Shown piece by piece: positions 55,779 through 64,000 of a stretch of DNA of 64,000 nt. Below the pieces are notes generated by a model. That model saw only the letters and a program-made list of their open reading frames with translations, had not been told where the DNA came from and made no database searches. The translations under genes and the position numbers were made by a program. Position 1 is the stretch's first letter; each line of letters starts with the position of its first letter. The DNA comes from an uncultured Gemmatimonadales bacterium (GTDB taxonomy: Bacteria > Gemmatimonadota > Gemmatimonadetes > Gemmatimonadales > Gemmatimonadaceae), in the NCBI GenBank assembly GCA_963850905.1, contig CAWKMU010000003.1:2368001-2432000 (forward strand), in the 5' to 3' direction.

Positions 55779-57851
55779 ATGCCCGCTGCCCGCTTCGATC
55801 TGCGAGCTCCCTTCACTCCGGCAGGTGATCAGCCGCGGGCGATTGCGGAACTGAACAAGGGGCTCGAACACGGCGATCGGTTCCAGACGCTGCTCGGGGT
55901 CACCGGGTCGGGCAAGACGATGACCGTCGCCAACGTGATCCAGGCATACGGCCGCCCGACGCTCGTGCTCTCGCACAACAAGACGCTGGCGGCGCAGCTC
56001 TACGGGGAGCTCAAAGGCTTCTTCCCGCACAACGCGGTCGAGTACTTCATCTCGTACTACGACTACTACCAGCCGGAAGCGTACGTCCCCACAACGGACA
56101 CGTACATCGAGAAGGACGCCTCCATCAACGAAGACATCGATCGTCTCCGGTTGCGAGCGACCTCGAGTCTCATGGAGCGCGACGACGTCGTCATCGTCTC
56201 GACGGTGTCGGCGATCTATGGCCTCGGCGACCCCGAGACATACCGGGAGACGATGCTCACGCTCTCCGAGGGCAGCGGATCGCTCGAGACGATGTACTCC
56301 GAGCGCTCGTTCGCATTCAATACTCACGCAACGACGTGGCATTCGACCGCGGCACCTTCCGCGTGCGCGGCGACACCGTCGAGATCTTCCCGGCGTACGA
56401 AGAGCAGGGCGTCCGAGTCGAGATGTGGGGCGACGAGATCGAGCGCATCTCGAAGATCAATGTGGTGACCGGAGAGACGATTGCTTCGCTCGAGCGCACG
56501 GCCATCTATCCGGCGAAGCACTTCATCACGTCGCGGCCAACCATCGAGCGGGCGGTCGGCACTCATCCGGGCCGGAGCTCTCGGGTCGCCTGGACGAACT
56601 TCGACGGGAGAACAAGCTGCTCGAGGCCCAGCGCCTGGAGTCGCGGACGAACTTCGACATCGAGATGATGCTCGAGATCGGCACGTGTGCCGGCATCGAG
56701 AACTATTCGCGCCACCTGAGCGGGCGCGGCGTGGGTGAGCGGCCGGCGTGCCTCTTCGACTACTTCCCCGAGGACTTCCTCGTCGTCATCGACGAGTCGC
56801 ACGTCACACTGCCACAGGTTCGCGGTATGTACAACGGCGACCGCGCGCGCAAGCTGACGCTCGTCGAGTACGGCTTTCGACTGCCCAGCGCCCTCGATAA
56901 CCGGCCGCTCATCTTCGATGAGTTTCTGGCGCTCACGCCCCGCGCGATCAACGTCTCTGCGACGCCCGGCGAGCTGGAGCTCGAGCTGTCGCAGGGCGTC
57001 GTCGTCGAACAGATCATTCGGCCCACGGGACTCGATCGATCCGGAGATCGAGGTACGGCCGGTCCGCGGCCAGGTGGATGACCTGCTGAACGAGATCCGG
57101 ATCCGCGAGCGCCTCGGCGAGCGTGTGCTCGTCACGACGCTGACCAAGCGCATGGCGGAGGATCTCACGGACTATCTGCAACAGGTCGGCGTCCGCGTGC
57201 GCTACATGCATTCGGACATCGACGCGATCGAGCGCATGGAGATCGTTCGCGGGCTTCGGCTCGGTGAGTTCGACGTACTCGTGGGCATCAATCTCCTGCG
57301 CGAAGGCCTCGATCTCCCCGAGGTGTCGCTGGTGGCCATCCTCGACGCCGACCAGGAAGGCTTCCTGCGGAGTGACCGGTCACTCATTCAGACCGTGGGC
57401 CGCGCGGCTCGACACGTGTCCGGACGCGCCGATGTTCTATGCGGATCGTGTCACGGGCTCGATGCAGCGAGCGATGGAGGAGACCGCGCGCCGGCGCACG
57501 CTGCAGAGCGCGTACAACACGGAGCATGGCATCACGGCCCGGAGCGTCGTGAAGAGCGTCGATCAGGTCCGGTTCATCACGCGAGTGGCCGACGCGCGGG
57601 TCGCCCGTGAGGAGCGCGCGGCGCGTCGTGCAGGCGATGGCGCGCCAACCGTCGATCGCGCCGCGCTGATCGCTCGCCTGGAGCGAGAGATGCAAGAGGC
57701 GGCCACGGCGCTCGATTTCGAGACGGCCGCGCGGATCCGCGACGAACTGTTCGATATTCGCGCGCAAAGTGGACGGCAGTCGGCAGGAGCCGCGGCGTCC
57801 ACCGGCACTACGGGGCGACGCCGCGGGATGACGATCGCCGCCGACAACTGA
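55779..57851 (+). CDS. uvrB: Excinuclease ABC subunit B (four frameshifts)
   Basis: [45 protein letters not shown]-terminal UVR motif [10 protein letters not shown]. Confidence 0.96.
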
Positions 57852-57861
57852 CGTAAGCACG

Positions 57862-58329
57862 GTGACCGATTCCGCTCATGTGGGGCCTCACGTCGTGCCC
57901 CAACAGGCGGTTCGCGGTCGCCTCGCACTCACGTTGGGCGAGCTGGTCGCATGGGGTGAAGCCCTCGGCCGTGCGGCCCGGCCGCCGCTCGTGATCGGCC
58001 TGTCAGGCCCGCTCGGGGCGGGGAAGACAGTCCTGGTGCAAGCGTTTTGCCGTGGCTACGGCGTCATCGACGCAGTGACCAGCCCGACCTTCGCGCTGGT
58101 GCACGAGTACGCCGCGCCACGCTCGGCGGTCTATCACATCGATCTGTACCGCATTGCCGGACCCGAGGAGCTCACCGCACTCGCATGGGACGAGATCGTG
58201 AGCGCGCAAGCCGTGGTGCTCGTCGAGTGGCCCGAACGGGCCGGGGCACGCATGCCGTCAGGCCACCTGCCGATTGATCTGGAGTACGTACCCGGCGACA
58301 GCGACCGCCGGTATCTCCTCGCGGGGTAG
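57862..58329 (+). CDS. tsaE: t6A biosynthesis ATPase TsaE
   Basis: GPLGAGKT, VTSPTF, HIDLYR, LVEW. Confidence 0.92.
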   Translation: MTDSAHVGPHVVPQQAVRGRLALTLGELVAWGEALGRAARPPLVIGLSGPLGAGKTVLVQAFCRGYGVIDAVTSPTFALVHEYAAPRSAVYHIDLYRIAGPEELTALAWDEIVSAQAVVLVEWPERAGARMPSGHLPIDLEYVPGDSDRRYLLAG

Positions 58330-58331
58330 GG

Positions 58332-59006
58332 ATGACGGAGGTGCCGGGACCGTCGCTCGTGATCGAGGCGTCGACGTCGCGTGGAAGCGTGGCGCTCGTG
58401 GTGCTGGAGCGCGTCCTCGCAGAAGAATCGGTGGCAATGCGGGGCGAGCACGCCGAACGACTCCTTCCCGCCGTGGCCCAGGTGCTCGAGCGCGGCGGCG
58501 TGCGAGTCGCCGATTTGAGCGCGGTCGTCTGTGGCACGGGGCCAGGGAGCTTCACAAGTCTGCGGGTCGCAGCCGCTATTGCCAAAGGGCTGGTCGGCGG
58601 TGGCACGATGCGCACGGCGCGACCGTTGGCGAGCGTCCCATCGCTGGCCTTGATCGTCGCCGGCGCGAGCGACGGCCTCGAGCCTGGTCTCTATCTCGCG
58701 GCCGTGGACGCGCTGCGGGGGGAGCGGTACGCTGCGCTCATGGAGGTCGGGGAGGGCGAGATTCGACCGCACGGGATGTGGCGTCGGCTTGCTGCGACGG
58801 ATCTCGATCGGTGGGCGGAGGAGGTCGGTGCGCACGTGATCGGGCCCGGGTATACCATCGACGCGTGGCCGAAAGCGTCCGGCATCACACGGTTGTGGCC
58901 CGCTGTCGTACGAGTCGACTCGGCATCATGGGAACCCGACTACGGCCGGCTGGCGGAGGCAGAGGCGCGTCGCATGGCTGCCGCGACGCGTGGGTCCGGC
59001 GCCTGA
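58332..59006 (+). CDS. tsaB: t6A biosynthesis protein TsaB
   Basis: IEASTS, HAERL, GPGSFTSLRV, AKGL, DALRGE, EPDY. Confidence 0.9.
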   Translation: MTEVPGPSLVIEASTSRGSVALVVLERVLAEESVAMRGEHAERLLPAVAQVLERGGVRVADLSAVVCGTGPGSFTSLRVAAAIAKGLVGGGTMRTARPLASVPSLALIVAGASDGLEPGLYLAAVDALRGERYAALMEVGEGEIRPHGMWRRLAATDLDRWAEEVGAHVIGPGYTIDAWPKASGITRLWPAVVRVDSASWEPDYGRLAEAEARRMAAATRGSGA

Positions 59007-59533
59007 TGGCCGCCGAGGTGGCCGCGGCGCGAATTCGCCCTGCGATCTCGGCCGACCTCAATGGCGTCGTGGCCATCGAGCGTACGTCGTTCTCTGATCC
59101 GCCGTGGTCGCGAGCCGCGTTCGCGTCGCTGATCGGCGATCCGCAGGGACAGTTTCTCGTCGCGATCATCGAGGACCCGCCCCAGGACACAGTTGCGGGA
59201 CTGCCAGGATCGGCTGCGCTGCGCTCCACGGTGGCCGGGTACGTCGTGACGTGGGTCGCGGCCGACGAAGGTGACCTCTCCAACCTGGCTGTCGCGCCGC
59301 AGATGCGACGTCGCGGCCTCGGTGGCCGTCTCCTCAATGCAGCCATCGACAGTGCGCGGGCCGCCGGTGTCCGAGTGCTGTATCTGGAGGTCAGGGAATC
59401 CAACGCGATCGCCCTGAGTCTGTATGCGTCGCGCCGATTCGTCGCAGTCGGCCGCCGCCAGCGCTACTACCGGCAGCCAATCGAGGATGCGCTGATCCTC
59501 TGTCTCGACGTGTCGTCACCCTCGGGTGCCTGA
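59006..59533 (+). CDS. rimI: Ribosomal-protein-alanine N-acetyltransferase
   Basis: IERTSF..PW, NLAVAP..RRRGLG, LEVRESN, RQRYY. Typical tsaE-tsaB-rimI order. Confidence 0.88.
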   Translation: MAAEVAAARIRPAISADLNGVVAIERTSFSDPPWSRAAFASLIGDPQGQFLVAIIEDPPQDTVAGLPGSAALRSTVAGYVVTWVAADEGDLSNLAVAPQMRRRGLGGRLLNAAIDSARAAGVRVLYLEVRESNAIALSLYASRRFVAVGRRQRYYRQPIEDALILCLDVSSPSGA

Positions 59534-59637
59534 TGGCCGTGCCATGACGGGCCTGCGTTCTCGCAATGGCACCACGCGCCCGACATGGGAGTAGATTCCA
59601 CCATGCCCAGAGAAACGACCAACGGCCGGGAGGGGAC

Positions 59638-60177
59638 GTGAGTCGGAGTTTGAACAAAGCATGTTTGATCGGCAACGTGGGACAGGATCCGGAGCTCCGC
59701 ACGACCGCGAGCGGCGTCCGCGTCGCCAACTTCTCTCTGGCGACGAGCCGGTCGTGGAGCGGTCCGTCAGGAGACAAGCAGGAGAAGACGGAGTGGCACA
59801 AGTGCGTGGTGTGGAACGCCCAGCGCGGAACCGGCGGCGGCCTGGTTGAAGTCGTCGAGAAGTACGTGCGCAAAGGCGAGAAGCTCTACGTCGAGGGCCG
59901 GATCGAGTACCGGCAATACCAGGATAAGGAAGGGCAAACCCGCTACGTGACTGAGATCAACGTGCGCGAGTTGCTCTTGTTGGGCGGCCGGGGTGGCGCG
60001 GCCGACTTGGACAATGCGTCAGGATCGACTGCGAGCGGCCGCAGCCGCCCGGCTCCTGCGCGGACAGCGGCTGGGGGACGCGCCGCGTCAAGCGGGACCG
60101 CCGGCGAGGGCGGGGGCGAAGACTTCGAGGATTTCCCCGGTGCGCTCGAGGAAGAAGACGACGACTTGCCGTTTTGA
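59638..60177 (+). CDS. ssb: Single-stranded DNA-binding protein
   Basis: SLNKACLIGNVGQDPE, KTEWH, YVEGR, acidic tail DDDLPF. Confidence 0.96.
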   Translation: MSRSLNKACLIGNVGQDPELRTTASGVRVANFSLATSRSWSGPSGDKQEKTEWHKCVVWNAQRGTGGGLVEVVEKYVRKGEKLYVEGRIEYRQYQDKEGQTRYVTEINVRELLLLGGRGGAADLDNASGSTASGRSRPAPARTAAGGRAASSGTAGEGGGEDFEDFPGALEEEDDDLPF

Positions 60178-60200
60178 CCGGACGGTAAACGTACGTTTCT

Positions 60201-60241
60201 GAGGGCCGGTTGCGGTGTATCGCAACCGGCCCTCTTCACTT
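60201..60241 (+). terminator. Probable intrinsic terminator after ssb
   Basis: Perfect 14-bp stem GAGGGCCGGTTGCG/CGCAACCGGCCCTC followed by TTCACTT. Confidence 0.7.
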
Positions 60242-60388
60242 GGGTCGCGAGCTCAGCCGTTTCTCCCTGGCCCGTTCCGTCGTCTCCTCTGGACAGCCGA
60301 CTCGGGCCTGACGCCCGGGCATGGTGCAATTGCTGGCGGCGGCCAGGCCCCGAAGGGGTGGCTGCCGCGCCCCGTGGGGGACTGACTA

Positions 60389-61687
60389 ATGAAGGGAATG
60401 AGCCGAGCAGTACGGACCTGCGTGCGCAGCAGCCTCGTCGCCGTCGCGATCGTGGGTGCGCTGGCGACGACAGCGCGGGCGCAGGACTCGACGTTGGCGA
60501 ATGGTGTCCGGACGCACGCGGTGCATGCGGGCGAGACGCTGTGGGACATCGCACAGGCGTACCTCGGGGACGGGGACCTGTGGCCGGAGATCACACGGCT
60601 CAACCCGCGCCTCGTGCAGGATCCGCACTGGATCTTCCCGAACGAGATCCTGCGCCTCCCGCCGCGGCCGCCGGGGATGCCGGCCAATTCAGCGCTCGCA
60701 GCCGCAGCGCCGACCGCGCAGCAGCCGGCGTCACAACCCGGTGCACAGAGCGGTGCTCCTCCGACTCCGCCCCCACCGGCGAGCGCCGCGTCAGAGACGC
60801 CCGCTGTCGCGGCGGCTCCGACGGAGCCTGACACCGCGTCGAGTGCGCCCGCGGCGAACGATGAGGGATCTGCGGCGGCGCCCGGCGCAACGCTCTTCAA
60901 TCATCCGCCACAGGGGCAGAACCTGTTTGCAACGGGCGGTCGCACCGGCGGGATCGTGGCGCACCGTCGTGAGGGCGTCGCCGCTGGCGATCACAATGGC
61001 GCGCCATACATGGATCGTGACGGCGGCCCGAGGAATGCGGGCGAGGTGGTGGGCGTGGCCAATGTGTCCAACATCATCAGCGCCGCCGAGGTCGAGCACT
61101 ACGGCCTGGGTCAGGAGTTGTACATCAGAATGCCGCGCGGAAGCCGACCGGAGGTTGGCCAGCGCTACTACACCTATGCACTGGGTGAGTCGTTCGGCGA
61201 TCATGGCCAGGTCATTGAGCCGACCGGGATCATCATGGTCATCCAGCCCGGCAGCGGCAATGTCGCAACGGTCGCTCGCATCACGCAGCAGTTCGCGTAC
61301 ATGCAGCTGGGGCAGGGCGTGCTCCCCGTGGATCCGGCGATCCTCCCGAATTCGGCGCCGGCTCCGCTGACCGGTGGCGCCCAGGCACACGTCGTCTGGG
61401 TGGAGCACAACCAGGTGCTGCCCACCGTCGGGTTCTACGTCGTCCTCGACGCGCCAACCAACAAAGGCAGCGTGCGCGTCGGAGACCAGCTCACGCTCTT
61501 CCGGCCTCGCGAGAAACTGGAGTCCACGCGCGGCGACATGATCCTTCCGGAGAGTGACATCGCCATTGCGCAGGTCGTGCGCGTCACCCCCTACGGGATC
61601 TCAGCCGTGATCATCGCGCAGGACCAGCCAGCCGTGGAACCAGGGGTCACCGGGCGAGTGACGGCACGGGTGAACGCGGGGCAGTAG
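60389..61687 (+). CDS. Secreted LysM peptidoglycan-binding protein
   Basis: Signal peptide ARA-Q, HAVHAGETLWDIAQAYLGD..LWPEI...N...DPHWIFP, Pro/Ala-rich linker. Confidence 0.88.
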   Translation: MKGMSRAVRTCVRSSLVAVAIVGALATTARAQDSTLANGVRTHAVHAGETLWDIAQAYLGDGDLWPEITRLNPRLVQDPHWIFPNEILRLPPRPPGMPANSALAAAAPTAQQPASQPGAQSGAPPTPPPPASAASETPAVAAAPTEPDTASSAPAANDEGSAAAPGATLFNHPPQGQNLFATGGRTGGIVAHRREGVAAGDHNGAPYMDRDGGPRNAGEVVGVANVSNIISAAEVEHYGLGQELYIRMPRGSRPEVGQRYYTYALGESFGDHGQVIEPTGIIMVIQPGSGNVATVARITQQFAYMQLGQGVLPVDPAILPNSAPAPLTGGAQAHVVWVEHNQVLPTVGFYVVLDAPTNKGSVRVGDQLTLFRPREKLESTRGDMILPESDIAIAQVVRVTPYGISAVIIAQDQPAVEPGVTGRVTARVNAGQ

Positions 61688-61691
61688 ACGA

Positions 61692-61793
61692 CAGGGTTCA
61701 GGGGTCAGGGGTCGGGAACAAATCGAGAGGGCCAGTCACGAAGCTGTGGCTGGCCCTCAGTGTTCGTCGCCTTTCCCTGACCCCTGACCCCTG
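61692..61793. repeat. (CAGGGGT)n inverted-arm hairpin element, core homologous to 55645-55759 in opposite orientation
   Basis: CAGGGTTCAGGGGTCAGGGGTCGGGAACAAATCG...GAGGGCCAGTCAC/GTGGCTGGCCCTC...TTCCCTGACCCCTGACCCCTG. Confidence 0.8.
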
Positions 61794-61851
61794 GTCCCGC
61801 AGTCAGATCCAACGCAATGCCGGATCTCGCTCCATTAGATTAGCCCTACCA

Positions 61852-62662
61852 ATGATTGTCGTCCTCGCCCTCCTGATCGCAGTGACGTGCTACGCGGCCG
61901 CGGCCGCGTTGGCGGTCACGCCGCTGGCCCGTCCGATCGGGCCGCCGGTCCAGGGCGTCGTCACAGTGTTGGGCGTCGGTGTGTTGGCGCATCTCATCGC
62001 GCTCAGTGTGACCGCGTATGGCGCGCATGAGCTACCCATTGCAGGGCTTGGTCCGGCACTGTCGGTTGCCGGGCTGACCCTGGCGGTCGTTCTGCTGCTC
62101 GCCGAATCGTGGGCGCGTGATGTGGTCTTGAGCCTGATCGGCGCGCCTCTGGCGGCCGGCGTCACGGCGGCAGCCGTGATGCTGGGGTGGCGCCCCGCGG
62201 GACAGCCCCGTGGCGCACAAGGCGCGTGGCTCGCCTCGCACGTGGCCGTCAGCTTCATCGGCATTGCGGCGCTCGCGACGGCAGCGGCCGCGGGCGCGTT
62301 GTACCTCGTCGAGCGTCGAGAATTGAAGTCGCGACGCTTCGGCTCTGTCTTTCGATCGTTCCCTCCGCTGCAGACGCTCGATCGCGTGAACCACCTCGCT
62401 GCGGTCGTCGCGTGGGTGGCGTTGACGTTGGGGATGGTGCTGGCCGTGAGCTATACCATCGCGTATGGCCAGACGGCGAGATGCGCAACTCGTGTGGGGC
62501 GGCGTCGCGTGGTTCGCTGCGGCGGTGCTGGCAGGCACGCGACACTGGGGCGGGTGGCAGGCGCGGCGCGCGGCGCTGGCGTCAACCATCGCGTTCGGAG
62601 TCGTCGTCGCGTCATACTTCGCCGCGCGCGTGTGGGCCGCCCGCCCGGGGCATTTCCTCTGA
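61852..62662 (+). CDS. Cytochrome c assembly (CcsA)/HemX-like membrane protein (frameshift ~62480)
   Basis: About eight TM segments, W..SHV, LYLVERRELK, PPLQTLDR, C-terminal H.F. Precedes hem genes. Confidence 0.75.
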
Positions 62663-62723
62663 TGCTTGTGGGGAACGAGCGCCTCGCCTGCGCGCCTGAG
62701 CGTCCCGCGCGGGACCGTGCCGC

Positions 62724-63365
62724 GTGAGTGGCTACCCCGTGCTGCTCGAGGGGACTCGAATCGAAGCGCTTGTGGTGGGCGGTGGAACGGTCGCGTGGCG
62801 CAAGGCGCGCGTGCTCCTCGAGTGCGGGGCGCGGGTGCGGATGGTTGCGCCCACGATCTGTCCGGCGGCGCGCGAAGGCGCCCTCGCTTTCGCGAAGCTC
62901 TCCGTCTTCGAGCGCGCGTACGTGAACGATGACATTGGGAGCGCCACGCTCGTCGTCGCCGCGACGAATGTGCGAGCGGTGAACGCGCAGGTGACGGTTG
63001 ACGCGTCTCGTGCATGCCGGCTGGTCAATGTCAGCGACGCGTCCGCCGACGGACACTTCGTGACCGTTGCCGCCTACCGTGCGGACCCGCTCGTCGTCGG
63101 CGTGTCGTCCGGCGTTCCGCAGGCGGCTGCGCGCATTCGCGATGCGATCGCGACCCGATTCGATGCGCGCTTTCGCGTGGCCGTGTCGGCGCTGGCGGCG
63201 TTGCGGCGTCGGCTGCTGTCGCGCGGCGATGCCACGGGTTGGCGAGCGGCCGAGTCGGCCTTGATTGATGATCGCTTCTGCACGCGGGTCGAGGACGGTA
63301 CGTTCGCGGCGGGGCTCGCCGAGTGGGAGGCCGGAGCGGCGCACTCCCCGGGAGAGCGGGCATGA
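62724..63365 (+). CDS. Precorrin-2 dehydrogenase / sirohydrochlorin ferrochelatase (SirC/Met8/CysG N-terminal-like)
   Basis: YPVLL, LVVGGGTVAWRK, LVVAAT, LVNVSD, F...A. Confidence 0.85.
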   Translation: MSGYPVLLEGTRIEALVVGGGTVAWRKARVLLECGARVRMVAPTICPAAREGALAFAKLSVFERAYVNDDIGSATLVVAATNVRAVNAQVTVDASRACRLVNVSDASADGHFVTVAAYRADPLVVGVSSGVPQAAARIRDAIATRFDARFRVAVSALAALRRRLLSRGDATGWRAAESALIDDRFCTRVEDGTFAAGLAEWEAGAAHSPGERA

Positions 63366-64000
63366 CCCTGGTCACCGCCGGCATCAACCATCGGACCGCG
63401 CCCGTCGAGGTGCGGGAGCGCTGCGTCTACACCGCGCGCGATGTCGTGCCGGCCATCGCGGAGCTTCGTGCGGCCTCGGGTGCGCGAGAGTGCAGCGTCC
63501 TCTCGACCTGCAATCGCACCGAGTTTTATCTCCTCGAAGGGGCGGATGACAGCGCACCGGCCATCTGGACGCTGCTGTCAGAACGCCTGGGCCGCGCCGC
63601 GGAGCCGTACGGGTACCTCCGGCGCGATCGCGATGCGGCCCGGCACCTGATGCGGGTCGCAGCCGGCCTCGACTCCATGGTGTTGGGCGAAGCCCAGATC
63701 ACGGGCCAGGTCCGCGAAGCGTGGGAGCTGACGCGTGGACAAACAGGCCCGGTGCTCAATCGGCTGTTTCAGAGCGCCCTGTCGGTCGCCGGTCGTGTGC
63801 GTGCCGAAACGGCGATCGGTCGCGGCGCGGCATCGGTCAGCTCGGCGGCGGTCCTGCTCGCGAAGAAGATCTTTGGATCGCTGCAAGGGCGACGCGCGAT
63901 GATCCTGGGGGCGGGAGAGATGGCGGAGCTGGCGCTGCAGTGTTTGCTCGCCGAGGGGGTGCGTGCTGCGCTGGTGGCAAACCGCACGTACGAGCACGCC
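63362..64000 (+). CDS. hemA: Glutamyl-tRNA reductase, 3' end outside window
   Basis: GINHRTAPVEVRE, LSTCNRTE, VAAGLDSMVLGEAQITGQV, LGAGEMAE, ANRT. Confidence 0.96.
   Translation, partial: MTLVTAGINHRTAPVEVRERCVYTARDVVPAIAELRAASGARECSVLSTCNRTEFYLLEGADDSAPAIWTLLSERLGRAAEPYGYLRRDRDAARHLMRVAAGLDSMVLGEAQITGQVREAWELTRGQTGPVLNRLFQSALSVAGRVRAETAIGRGAASVSSAAVLLAKKIFGSLQGRRAMILGAGEMAELALQCLLAEGVRAALVANRTYEHA

Overview
High-GC bacterial chromosomal segment. Gene content and organisation (SusC/SusD pair in a high-GC genome, BamD, long SecA) suggest Gemmatimonadota, but this is inference. Almost every gene is on the + strand. Many genes, including core ones (secA, carB, uvrB, relA), are broken by 1-bp indels, so this looks like an unpolished long-read assembly rather than real pseudogenisation. 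Layout: (1) 1-7.6 kb housekeeping/redox genes (PHP, SDR, Cys-rich hypothetical, trxB, MBL hydrolase, DUF4149-like, aspA/fumC family, Rrf2). (2) 7.6-20 kb accessory PUL-like locus: SusC/SusD followed by two M55 D-aminopeptidases, two alpha-amino acid ester hydrolase-like CocE/NonD enzymes and an erythromycin-esterase-family protein, with no glycosidases. This is the best candidate for an undescribed system. (3) tRNA-Leu(CAG), smpB, amidase, pyrD, pyrF. (4) rpmJ-rpsM-rpsK-rpsD-rpoA-rplQ-rpmB with its own promoter and a structured leader. (5) Surface polysaccharide genes (gmd, rmd-like, carB embedded, wbpD/B/E/A-like, wzi, wza-like, wzc, ugd, uxs). (6) bamD, nadD, secA, radC, relA/spoT, uvrB, tsaE, tsaB, rimI, ssb, LysM protein, ccsA/hemX-like, sirC-like, hemA. 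Intergenic DNA carries two repeat systems: GTAG-type REP palindromes and hairpin elements with 7-bp-periodic inverted arms, sometimes nested. Product calls come from motif recognition only; no database searches were run.
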